49,806 nt of DNA from Fimbriiglobus sp. (GTDB taxonomy: Bacteria > Planctomycetota > Planctomycetia > Gemmatales > Gemmataceae), in the NCBI GenBank assembly GCA_035699305.1, contig DASSAT010000395.1, positions 1 through 49,806 of the forward strand, written 5' to 3'. The notes under the pieces are model-generated. The model was not told the origin of the DNA, did not search any database, and was given only the letters and a program-made list of their open reading frames with translations. Position 1 is the first letter of the stretch, and every line of letters begins with the position of its first letter. Positions 18,936-26,755 of the stretch are shown piece after piece. The position numbers and the translations under genes are program-made.

Positions 18936-19244
18936 TCAGCTTGACGACTCCCGAGCGGCCAAGGTTCGCTTGCGTTCGGCCGTGAACTTCCACCACGGCG
19001 TCTTCGGTCCGCCCTCCATGTACCGGACGGCGGCGATGAACGTGTCGATCACGCACGGGTCGTGACGCTGGCCGGTGATCCGGCAGAGGTCGTCGTACAG
19101 GGCATACGGGTCACGACCCGGCAGGTCGCCCGGCGACGTGACCCCCAGCCGCCGAAGATCCTCGGCGATGGAAGGGCCGGCGTTCGGGATGTCTTCGAGC
19201 CGGGCGACACCGGCTCGGGCCTTCTTGCGGGTCGAGCCCTTCAT
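18936..19244 (-). CDS. Helix-hairpin-helix protein (Cdd1 / pathogenicity-locus-like family)
   Basis: Start trimmed to MKGSTRKK (ATG 19244), with GGAGGG 10 nt upstream. LEDIPNAGPSIAEDLRRLGV...DPCVIDTFIAAVRYMEGG...WWKFTAERK. Confidence 0.55.
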   Translation of the reverse strand: MKGSTRKKARAGVARLEDIPNAGPSIAEDLRRLGVTSPGDLPGRDPYALYDDLCRITGQRHDPCVIDTFIAAVRYMEGGPKTPWWKFTAERKRTLAARESSS

Positions 19245-19280
19245 GTCTTGTAGCCCTCCTGTGCGGTCATCGGCGTGGGG

Positions 19281-19294
19281 GCCGGTGTCCGTCA
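19281..19294 (-). promoter_or_regulatory. Motif copy M1
   Basis: Minus-strand TGACGGACACCGGC, 36 nt upstream of ATG 19244. Confidence 0.7.
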
Positions 19295-19558
19295 CTACCT
19301 CATCCCCTTGATCTCGGCGATCCGCCCAAGCAGGTAGCCCACCTCGTCGCCGTCCAGCCCGGCCACCTCGGCGATCCCGTGGACATTGCGGATCAGGTCG
19401 GCTTCTGCGCCCAGAAACGTCTTGAACGTGACCTTCCCCTCGACCCGAGCGAGCAGGCAGCGGTCGGGGGTGATCCGCATCTCCTCGATCCGGGGCGTGC
19501 CCCAGTCCTCGCCCAGCAAGCTGCCGAGGATGGCCGTGAACATGCCGCCCGTCTCCAC
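19295..19558 (-). CDS. Hypothetical protein (87 aa)
   Basis: Normal composition (MFTAILGSLLGEDWGTPRIEEMRITPDR...). No family recognised. Confidence 0.45.
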   Translation of the reverse strand: METGGMFTAILGSLLGEDWGTPRIEEMRITPDRCLLARVEGKVTFKTFLGAEADLIRNVHGIAEVAGLDGDEVGYLLGRIAEIKGMR

Positions 19559-19703
19559 CTCACGGAGCTACCGGGCGCAGTCCCGCCGGATGTCATCGGG
19601 CTCCCGCACCGCCCCGTCGGCCATGTCCAAACCCCCGCCGCCCACGCCTCGTTGTCCGGGAGATTCTACCACCACGGCATTCCGAACACCGCCCCATCCG
19701 CAC

Positions 19704-19717
19704 TGACGGACACCGGC
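19704..19717 (+). promoter_or_regulatory. Motif copy M2
   Basis: TGACGGACACCGGC, 39 nt upstream of the ardC ATG. Followed by a partial inverted copy CCGGTGGTGT (19719-19728). Confidence 0.7.
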
Positions 19718-19756
19718 ACCGGTGGTGTGACCCAAACAGCGACCGGAGGGACGCCG

Positions 19757-20677
19757 ATGTCCACCCAGACCGAGATCCGCCGCCGGATCAACGACGAGAT
19801 CGTCGCCGCACTGAGCGACCCCACGAAACTCCCGCCGTGGCGGAAGCCGTGGACGTGCTTCGACGCCAACATCGGCCACCCCTGCAACGCCCTGACCAGA
19901 AAGCCGTACCGGGGGATCAACACCCTCATCCTCGGGCTGAGCGCCCAGCGGCGGGGCTTCCAGTCCCGGCACTGGCTGACCTTCCGGCAGGCGAAGGAGA
20001 TGGGCGTCAGCGTCCGTGGCGGCGAGAAGAGTACGCACATCGTCTTCTTCAAGCCGATCCGGGCCGAGCGAACCACCGAAGACGGCGAGGAGAAGCAAGA
20101 CACGTTCTTGCTGATGAGAAGCTACTGCATATTCAACGTGGAGCAGACGACCGGCCTCGACCACCTCCGGGTCGGCAACGCCCCGCTCACTGCTGTTCAG
20201 ATCGAGCAGCGGCACGAGCAGGCCGAAGCCGTGATCGCAGCGACCGGGGCCGACATCCGGCACGGCGGCGACCGGGCCTTCTACAGTTCCACCGGCGACT
20301 ACATCCAGCTTCCGCACCACCGCCAGTTCGAGCGGATCGAAGCGTACTACCAGACGGCGGGTCACGAGCTTTGCCACTGGGCCGAGCACCCGATCCGCCT
20401 GAACTGGGACCGCTCCAAGCCCGAGAACAGCTACGCAATGGGCGAACTCATCGCCGAACTGGGTGGCTGTTACCTGATGGGGGAACTCGGCCTGCCGACC
20501 GGCGAAGACCTCAGCAACCACGCCGCCTACCTCAAACACTGGCTCGCCGGGATGCACAACGACACGAGGTTCCTGTTCCGTGCGGCAGCGCAGGCGAGCA
20601 AGTCCGTGGACTACCTGCTCAGCTTCAGCCGGGCGCAGGATGCCGCCACCGAAGATGACGAAGCTCTGGTCGCCTGA
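19757..20677 (+). CDS. ardC: ArdC-like antirestriction protein (ssDNA-binding N-domain plus zincin metallopeptidase)
   Basis: Start trimmed to MSTQTEIRRRINDEIVAAL. LPPWRKPW, YRGINTLIL and the HExxH motif HELCHW are present. Confidence 0.85.
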   Translation: MSTQTEIRRRINDEIVAALSDPTKLPPWRKPWTCFDANIGHPCNALTRKPYRGINTLILGLSAQRRGFQSRHWLTFRQAKEMGVSVRGGEKSTHIVFFKPIRAERTTEDGEEKQDTFLLMRSYCIFNVEQTTGLDHLRVGNAPLTAVQIEQRHEQAEAVIAATGADIRHGGDRAFYSSTGDYIQLPHHRQFERIEAYYQTAGHELCHWAEHPIRLNWDRSKPENSYAMGELIAELGGCYLMGELGLPTGEDLSNHAAYLKHWLAGMHNDTRFLFRAAAQASKSVDYLLSFSRAQDAATEDDEALVA

Positions 20678-20686
20678 CCATTTCTC

Positions 20687-20718
20687 GCCGGGGTGGTGAA
20701 GCGAACTACCCCGGCTTT
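20687..20718 (+). terminator. Hairpin after ardC
   Basis: GCCGGGGT (20687-20694) pairs with ACCCCGGC (20708-20715), followed by TTT. Weak U-tract. Confidence 0.35.
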
Positions 20719-20725
20719 GCCTCAA

Positions 20726-20739
20726 TGGCGGACACCGGC
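20726..20739 (+). promoter_or_regulatory. Motif copy M3 (orphan)
   Basis: TGGCGGACACCGGC. No credible ORF in the ~200 nt that follow. Confidence 0.6.
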
Positions 20740-20935
20740 ATCGGCGTCGTCCTGATCGGGACGGCCGGGCGGGACGCCCGAGACGACCGAAACGGCACCC
20801 ACAGCTTCCACGACCTGAACGCAGACACGGGCCGCTCCCCCGAACTGGCCAGCGGGCGGCGGGCACCGGCTGCACGACGGGAAGTGAGAGGTGTCCGAGC
20901 GGTCCTCGACGGCGACCCCGCCCGGCGTCGTTTTC

Positions 20936-20949
20936 TGACGGACACCGGC
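20936..20949 (+). promoter_or_regulatory. Motif copy M4
   Basis: TGACGGACACCGGC, 38 nt upstream of ATG 20988. Confidence 0.7.
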
Positions 20950-20987
20950 ATTCACGCCACACCTACCACAACATCGAGGGCCGGCAC

Positions 20988-21587
20988 ATGCCGACGACAC
21001 TGGGCGAACTGGAAGAAGCGGCGAAGCAGGCGGCGGGGAACTGGCGGCGGTTCGAGTCGTTCGTCTGGTGGCGGGCACGTGACATCGAGGACGCTGACGG
21101 GCACGCCATCATCTACACGCACCACAGGGACAGCGGGCTGCTGGACGTGTCGAACGCCGCCGCCATCGCCAAGGCACTCGAACCCTTTACCGAAGGCGAC
21201 GACCCCGACGTGACGTTCGAGAGCCACAACCACTGGGCGGTCGGGCACATCGACGGGTTCTCCGTCCGGGTGTTCCGCAGCGGCAAGATCACCGAGGCGT
21301 TCAAGGTCTACCACGCCCTCGCCGAACGGATAGCGGACTACCCGGTCCTCGACGGGAGCGACTACTCCGAGCGGGAGTACGAAGCCACGCTGGAGAACAT
21401 CGGCCTCGCCGCTTGGCGGTTGAAGCGGGACTTCGCCCTGCCGGACGGCTGGGAGTCCGCCGTCTTCGACTGGCTGTGGCAGCACCGGGACCACGCCCTC
21501 GAAAACGTGGACGACCAAGGCGGATCGCCCGAAGAGTGCGACCTCGAAGCGGCTCTCGCCGCTCTGGGCTACCCACGGGTGGTATGA
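20988..21587 (+). CDS. Hypothetical protein (199 aa)
   Basis: GAGGG SD upstream. Acidic, normal composition. No family recognised. Confidence 0.6.
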   Translation: MPTTLGELEEAAKQAAGNWRRFESFVWWRARDIEDADGHAIIYTHHRDSGLLDVSNAAAIAKALEPFTEGDDPDVTFESHNHWAVGHIDGFSVRVFRSGKITEAFKVYHALAERIADYPVLDGSDYSEREYEATLENIGLAAWRLKRDFALPDGWESAVFDWLWQHRDHALENVDDQGGSPEECDLEAALAALGYPRVV

Positions 21588-21647
21588 CGCCCGGTGCAAT
21601 TTTTGGAACGGCGGTTGAGCGGCCCCGCCCGCCGCCGTCGCTCAGTC

Positions 21648-21661
21648 TGGCGGACACCGGC
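21648..21661 (+). promoter_or_regulatory. Motif copy M5
   Basis: TGGCGGACACCGGC, 42 nt upstream of ATG 21704. Confidence 0.7.
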
Positions 21662-21703
21662 GGGGACGCCGGCTGGACACGACCTCGACGACCGGAGGGC
21701 CGC

Positions 21704-22687
21704 ATGGCCGAGCAGCGACCGTCCAACGAGATCAACGACGTGGCCCCCACGTCGCTCAAGCACATGATCGGGCAGAAGGGCGTCATGGCGCAGGTCGCCG
21801 TCGCCCTCGACGCCGCCTTCGCCGACAACAAGAAGTTCGATTCGTCGCTCTTGGTCGGCCCGCCCGGCTGCGGGAAGAGTCAGACCGCCCGGATCATCGC
21901 CGCCGAGATGGCCACCGACCTGCACGAAGTCCTCGGCCAGAGCGTCGGGAACAGTGCCGACCTGAACGCCCTGTTGCTCTCGGCCAAGGACAAGGACGTG
22001 GTTCACATCGACGAGGCGCACGAGTTGGACAAGGAGTTCCAGACGGCGTTGTATCTGGCTATGGACCAGCGGCGGGTCGTCCTGCAAGCCCGGTCGAAGT
22101 CGGGGCCGCAGTCGATCCCGCTGGCCGACTTCAGCCTGCTGCTCTCGACGACGGACGAATACTGCCTGCTCCAGCCGCTCCGGGACCGGATGCGCCTGCT
22201 CCTCCGGTTCGAGTTCTACGCCGTCGAAGAACTGACGACGCTGCTCCACCAGCGGGCGAATGCGATCAGGTGGCCGATCCATGAGGGACTGCTTCCCCAG
22301 ATCGCCCGGCGGTCTCGGGGCACACCCCGGCTGGCGCTGCGGCTCCTCCAGTCCTGCCGCCGGGTGTGCCGCTCCGTGGGCGAGACCACGATCACCGGCG
22401 GACACCTGCGCCGGGCGTGTGAACTGGAGGGCATCGACGAGATCGGATTGGGGCCGGCCGAGCAGCAGTACCTCCGGGCACTCGCCGAAGGGGCCTCCCG
22501 GCTGAACGTGGTCGCCTCCCTACTCGGGCTCCCGGCGAGGACCGTGAGTCAGGTCGTCGAGCCCTTCCTGCTGCGGGTCGGGCTGATCGTGAAAGACGAC
22601 CAAGGACGGCGGGAACTGACCGCCAAGGGGCGGGGGCACCTGTCGCAATCCGGGCAACTTCGTGACCAGTTGGGGGAGCATTCGTGA
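21704..22687 (+). CDS. RuvB-like AAA+ ATPase (stand-alone paralogue, no ruvA nearby)
   Basis: Start trimmed to MAEQRPSNE, with GGAGGG SD. Walker A GPPGCGKS, Walker B VVHIDEAH, sensor RGTPRLALRLL, and a C-terminal winged-helix EPFLLRVGLIVKDDQGRRELT. Confidence 0.85.
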   Translation: MAEQRPSNEINDVAPTSLKHMIGQKGVMAQVAVALDAAFADNKKFDSSLLVGPPGCGKSQTARIIAAEMATDLHEVLGQSVGNSADLNALLLSAKDKDVVHIDEAHELDKEFQTALYLAMDQRRVVLQARSKSGPQSIPLADFSLLLSTTDEYCLLQPLRDRMRLLLRFEFYAVEELTTLLHQRANAIRWPIHEGLLPQIARRSRGTPRLALRLLQSCRRVCRSVGETTITGGHLRRACELEGIDEIGLGPAEQQYLRALAEGASRLNVVASLLGLPARTVSQVVEPFLLRVGLIVKDDQGRRELTAKGRGHLSQSGQLRDQLGEHS

Positions 22688-23193
22688 CGCCATCGAGCAA
22701 CATTCCGGGGTCGGGCAAGGCGGCGATCAGCATCAAGGAGATGGCCGCTCTGGTGTCCCTCTCCCGCCAGCGGTTCATGCAGTTGGTAAAGGCCGGGGTG
22801 ATGCCCGCCCCGCTCCGGGACGAGGAGACCGGCCGGCCTTACTACACGGAGGAGCTTCAGATCACCTGCCTCGAAGTCCGCCGCCGCAACGTCGGGATCA
22901 ACGGGAAGGTGGTCATGTTCTACGCCCGCCGCACGCCGGCCCAACCGCCGACCACACGGAAGTCGGTGGGGCCGGCAAAGCCGAAGGCCAAGACCGACGA
23001 CCGGTACGCCGACATCGTGGCCGGGCTGCACGGGCTGGGCCTGACCTCGGCGACGGCCGGTCAGGTGGCCGACGCCGTGGCGACCCTGTACCCGGCGGGG
23101 GCGGGCGGGACGGACACCGGCGAGGTGATCCGGCGGGTGTTCCTGCACCTGCGGGGCAAGAACACGACCGGAAATGTGGGCGGTAAAGAGTGA
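22684..23193 (+). CDS. Putative DNA-binding protein (MerR/excisionase-like HTH at N-terminus)
   Basis: GTGA overlap with the RuvB-like stop. ISIKEMAALVSLSRQRFMQLVKAGVMP resembles a short HTH. Confidence 0.45.
   Translation: MTPSSNIPGSGKAAISIKEMAALVSLSRQRFMQLVKAGVMPAPLRDEETGRPYYTEELQITCLEVRRRNVGINGKVVMFYARRTPAQPPTTRKSVGPAKPKAKTDDRYADIVAGLHGLGLTSATAGQVADAVATLYPAGAGGTDTGEVIRRVFLHLRGKNTTGNVGGKE
23108..23121 (+). promoter_or_regulatory. Motif copy M6 (inside a coding region)
   Basis: GGACGGACACCGGC, 133 nt upstream of recombinase ATG 23255. Confidence 0.5.
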
Positions 23194-23254
23194 TTTACCA
23201 ACCCGCCGGCGACAACTTCGTGCAACATTCCCTGCCACTTCGGGGACATAACCG

Positions 23255-24167
23255 ATGAAGAACTGGGCGGAAAAGGTGTTCGACGGCATCCCGGCCGGCC
23301 CGGAGGAGGCCGACCTCGTGCGGGCCTACCTGACGGCCACCGACCTCGCCGCCGGCTCCCGCCGGGGGTTCGCCTTCGACCTGCGAAAGCTAGCGGCGTG
23401 GTTCGTCGAGGCCAACAAGGAGCCGTTCCGGGTGGCCCGAGTCACGACGAGGGACGTGACCGACTTCCGAGACTACCTCCGGCGGGAGAAGGGCCTCGCC
23501 GTGGCGACGGTGAACCGAGCGCTGGTCATGGTCCGGCGGTACTTCGGCTGGCTCGCCGAGCACGGCCACGTGCTCGGCGAGCCAGCCGAAGGGGGTCAAG
23601 GAACTGAAGCGGGTGCAACCGGCCCCGAAGGGGATGGAGCGGAGTCAGGTGCGGAAGCTCCTCCGTGAACTGGAACTGCGGCAGGACATCCGGGCCAGCG
23701 CCGTCTTCCACCTGATGCTCTACACCGGGGCTCGGGTCGGGGACGTGGTGGGCCTCGAACTGGACGACCTGCTCCTCGGCGACCGCAGCGGGTCGGCGGT
23801 CTTCCGCCACGGGAAGGGGAACAAGGAGCGGAGCGTCCCGCTTCCGCTGCCGGCCCGGCGGGCGCTCCGGGCGTACCTCGACACCCGGCCGCCGGTCGAG
23901 TCGAGGAGGGTGTTCGTCGGGGAGCGGGGGCCGCTGACGGACCGGGGCGTCCGTGCGCTGTGCGGCAAGTATTCTGCGGTCTGCGGCTTTCACATTCACC
24001 CGCACCTGTGCCGCCACACGATGGCCCACCAGTACCTCGAAGACAACCGGAACGATCTGGTCGGGCTGGCCCAGCTACTCGGGCACGAGAACCTCTCGAC
24101 CACCTCCCGGTACGCCCAGCGGACCCAAGAGCAGTTGGGGGATGCGGCCGAGAAGCTCAACTACTGA
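23255..24167 (+). pseudogene. XerC/D-type tyrosine recombinase interrupted by a +1 frameshift near 23588-23595
   Basis: ORF 23255-23668 gives the SAM-like N-domain, up to [19 protein letters not shown] 23613-24167 gives the catalytic domain with R (ARVGD), K (HGKGNKER), HxxR (HLCRHT), H and Y ([13 protein letters not shown]). Removing one nt in GCCGAAGGGGG joins them as [19 protein letters not shown]. Confidence 0.8.
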
Positions 24168-24178
24168 CGGACACCGGC
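24165..24178 (+). promoter_or_regulatory. Motif copy M7
   Basis: TGACGGACACCGGC. Its TGA is the recombinase stop codon. 43 nt upstream of TTG 24222. Confidence 0.7.
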
Positions 24179-24221
24179 GACGAGAACGCCGGGGCCGACG
24201 ACCAACTTCGCTTCGGCGACG

Positions 24222-24851
24222 TTGATCGGAGCGGCGGGGCACACGGTCCCGCACACCCCCGGCGTCTCACCAGTGGGGTCGCCGATGACAACGTGGTGCG
24301 AGCGGCGGGGGCAGGTCGAGGTCGGGGTGATCGAGCACGAGGGCCACTGCTTCGCCGCCCTCGGGGCAAGCGTCGTGGGCCGACACGTCACGGGCTACAC
24401 CGGCCTCACGACCGGCGAAATCTTCCTGACGACGTGGTGCGGACGAACCATGCTGGCCTGCCGGTCAGAGGTGGTCGAGGAGTACCCGGACGGCTCGCTG
24501 GCGATCCTGTTCCGGCTGACGAAGGGCCGGTTCATCGCCGGATACGCCCTCGGCGAGACGGGGATGCTCTTCCGGGGCGAGCTTCTCACCGGCTGCACCG
24601 ACGACGAGGCCCGCCGGACCGCCCGGCGGGTCGCCGACCACCTCGCCGAACTGGACGCCGCAGACCAAGCGAACTTCGACACGGACCAGACAGAGGACGA
24701 GCCGATGCTGGACATCGAGTACCGGTGCCCCGAGTGCGGCCACGAGTGGCAGGAGCAGTGGACGAGCGCCTGCGACTCCGAGTGCCCGAACTGCGGCACC
24801 GAGGACATCACGGCTCTGTCGTGGGACGAGCGGTCTGACGAAGAGGGCTGA
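24222..24851 (+). CDS. Hypothetical protein with C-terminal zinc-ribbon (CPECG...CPNCG)
   Basis: 209 aa from TTG 24222; ATG 24285 is an alternative start. Ends in YRCPECGHEWQEQWTSACDSECPNCGTEDI. Confidence 0.55.
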   Translation: MIGAAGHTVPHTPGVSPVGSPMTTWCERRGQVEVGVIEHEGHCFAALGASVVGRHVTGYTGLTTGEIFLTTWCGRTMLACRSEVVEEYPDGSLAILFRLTKGRFIAGYALGETGMLFRGELLTGCTDDEARRTARRVADHLAELDAADQANFDTDQTEDEPMLDIEYRCPECGHEWQEQWTSACDSECPNCGTEDITALSWDERSDEEG

Positions 24852-24852
24852 C

Positions 24853-24866
24853 TCACGGACACCGGC
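24853..24866 (+). promoter_or_regulatory. Motif copy M8 (orphan, between convergent genes)
   Basis: TCACGGACACCGGC, 2 nt after the stop of 24222-24851 and 8 nt before the stop of the minus-strand sigma gene. Confidence 0.55.
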
Positions 24867-24873
24867 ACCCGCC

Positions 24874-25449
24874 TCAGACGGGCTCGTCACAGTCCGGGCA
24901 CACCGTCCGACCCGGCCTCGGGTCGCAGTCCGTCAGGTTCCCCCGCCGGTCGAAGTGGAACCGGCAGCACCCGTCGAGCACGTCTTTGAGCATCGCTCGC
25001 CCCCGCTGGATGCGGGACTTCGCCCCCGACAGCGACAGCCCGAGCCGGTCGGCCACCTGCTGCTGGGTGTGGCCCTCGATCTCCGACAGCCGCACCGCCT
25101 CGGCGTACCCCTCGGGCAACTGCCGGACCAGTTCGCCCAGCCACTCCCCGGCCCGGCAGAGCAGTTCGCCCGTGCGGCCCTCGGCCGAGGGCGGGTCGTC
25201 CACCAGTGGGGCCTCGGCCCCCGGCCCCCGGCGGTGGTGGTCGTGGACCACGTTCCGGGCGATCCGGTACACCCACGCCGCCAGCCGGTCCCCGTCGCCG
25301 AGGCCGGCGACGCTGCGGTGAATCCGCACGAACGTCTCTTGGAGCAGGTCGTCGGCGGTGTGGTCGTCGGCGACCCGGCGGCGGATGAACCGCCGCAGGT
25401 CCGCACTCAGTTGCCCCCACACCGCCTCGGTCGATGGCTGACCCGACAT
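24874..25449 (-). CDS. ECF-type sigma-70 factor with Cys-rich C-terminal extension (SigZ-like)
   Basis: 191 aa. Region 2 DDLLQETFVRIH, region 4 GHTQQQVADRLGLSLSGAKSRIQRGR, then CCRFHFD...C...CPDC. Confidence 0.8.
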   Translation of the reverse strand: MSGQPSTEAVWGQLSADLRRFIRRRVADDHTADDLLQETFVRIHRSVAGLGDGDRLAAWVYRIARNVVHDHHRRGPGAEAPLVDDPPSAEGRTGELLCRAGEWLGELVRQLPEGYAEAVRLSEIEGHTQQQVADRLGLSLSGAKSRIQRGRAMLKDVLDGCCRFHFDRRGNLTDCDPRPGRTVCPDCDEPV

Positions 25450-25470
25450 CAGACTGCCTCGTCGGTTGGC

Positions 25471-26025
25471 TTACACGGAGCAGGCACAGGCGGACGACTG
25501 GCCGCTGGCTTCCACCGCCCCCTCCGAACCGGGCGGTGCGGCGCAGCAAGCGGCCTTGTTCTCGCAGCAGTCGGGCCGGTCGGCGCAGCACTCACTCCGG
25601 GTCGAGTGGTGCCGGGCGGCGTTGTTGTCGAGGACGACGTACACCTCCCACTTGTTGCCGTCCGGGTCGGTCGCCCACACCTTGTTCTGGACGGCGTAGC
25701 AGCAGGTCACGTTCTCCTCGGCGGCGGTGGCCAGCCCGGCGTCCCTCAGCCGGGCGGCGACGGCCCCGACCGCCGCCGTCGATTTTACCTGAATGCCGAA
25801 GTGGGCGACCGGGTTGTTCGGGCCGGTGTCGCCGCCGACCTCGTTGAGCGCCAAGTTCACGGGGGGCTCGGCCACCTCGAACTTGGCGTAGCGGGGCCGG
25901 GTCTTGGTCGGCCCCTGCCCGAACAGGGTGCGGTAGAACCCCATCGACCGCTCCAGATCCTTCACCGCCAAGCCCATGTGGATTCGGCTGTCCGTCTCGA
26001 ACTCGACGGCGGATTCGTTCGACAT
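25471..26025 (-). CDS. ArsI/CadI-family VOC metalloenzyme with Cys-rich tail
   Basis: 184 aa. RIHMGLAVKDLERSMGFYRTLFG...NVTCCYAVQNKVWATDPDGNKWEVY, then CCADRPDCCENKAACC. Confidence 0.7.
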   Translation of the reverse strand: MSNESAVEFETDSRIHMGLAVKDLERSMGFYRTLFGQGPTKTRPRYAKFEVAEPPVNLALNEVGGDTGPNNPVAHFGIQVKSTAAVGAVAARLRDAGLATAAEENVTCCYAVQNKVWATDPDGNKWEVYVVLDNNAARHHSTRSECCADRPDCCENKAACCAAPPGSEGAVEASGQSSACACSV

Positions 26026-26166
26026 CGCTCATCTCCTGCGGTTCCGAGTGTCGTTCGGGCTGACCCCCAGCCCTGCCGGCCATACAGACGTAGGCGGTAC
26101 GGAAAGGACGCAAAAAAGCCCGGCGGGGTGTGGCTGCTCGCCCGGATCGCCGAGTCCGGTCGGGGC

Positions 26167-26180
26167 CGGCGGACACCGGC
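26167..26180 (+). promoter_or_regulatory. Motif copy M9
   Basis: CGGCGGACACCGGC, 51 nt upstream of ATG 26232. Confidence 0.65.
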
Positions 26181-26231
26181 GACGGCGGTGCAGCCGCCGT
26201 GGGCGGCGAGCTTCCACCACGAGGAGCCGCC

Positions 26232-26654
26232 ATGCAGTTCAGCGTGATCTATTCCGTCGATACCCCGGACGAGATCGACATCGACGGCTACGCACCGCCG
26301 GAGGTCGCCGACCTTTGGGACCGGACCGAGGGCGACGGGCAGTACGAGTACGGCTACCTCGAAGGCCGCTAGGAGGAAGGCCACCACCGAAAGTGGGCGG
26401 CTCTACTGACCCGTGACCAGTTCGACCAGTTCGTCCGCCGGTGCGGTCTCGTCGCCGAAGACGTGCGGACGATGGGTTCGCTCGGTGCGCCGGGGTTCGG
26501 CTACGGCTGGGCTCCCGCCATCTCGTTCACCGGCGACGACCCGGACGCCATCCAGAACGCCTACGTCACCCCGCTCCCCGAGGTCGAGAAGGAGTACCTC
26601 GACGACCGGGACTGGGAGCGGGTCCGGGGTGCGGTCCTTGCCGTGTACGGCTGA
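26232..26654 (+). pseudogene. Small ORF interrupted by one in-frame TAG (26370-26372); both halves are in the same frame
   Basis: MQFSVIYSVDTPDEIDIDGYAPPEVADLWDRTEGDGQYEYGYLEGR-TAG-EEGHHRKWAALLTRDQFDQFVRRCGLVAEDVRTMGSLGAPGFGYGWAPAISFTGDDPDAIQNAYVTPLPEVEKEYL... No other stop between 26232 and 26654. The second half has no SD-linked start. Confidence 0.55.
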
Positions 26655-26666
26655 GCCCTCACCATC

Positions 26667-26689
26667 GCCCGCACCGGCCCGGTGCGGGC
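26667..26689 (+). terminator. GC hairpin after the 26232-26654 ORF
   Basis: GCCCGCACCG / CGGTGCGGGC, a 10-bp stem with a 3-nt loop. No U-tract. Lies 7 nt before motif M10. Confidence 0.35.
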
Positions 26690-26695
26690 TACCTC

Positions 26696-26709
26696 TGGCG
26701 GACACCGGC
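26696..26709 (+). promoter_or_regulatory. Motif copy M10
   Basis: TGGCGGACACCGGC, 46 nt upstream of ATG 26756. Confidence 0.7.
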
Positions 26710-26755
26710 CGTGAGGGCGTGAAGCACAACCCCCAAGCCATCGGGAGAGTCGGAC

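Noticed and set aside
19663-19671. Extended -10-like TGGTAGAAT on the minus strand upstream of 19295-19558
   Set aside because: There is no acceptable -35 at 16-18 nt, it would give a leader of about 100 nt, and it is a single occurrence.
26106-26125. A6 run next to GC-rich sequence (GCAAAAAAGCCCGGCGGGG) as a minus-strand terminator
   Set aside because: I could not build a convincing stem adjacent to the T-run on the minus strand. No minus-strand gene ends upstream of it.
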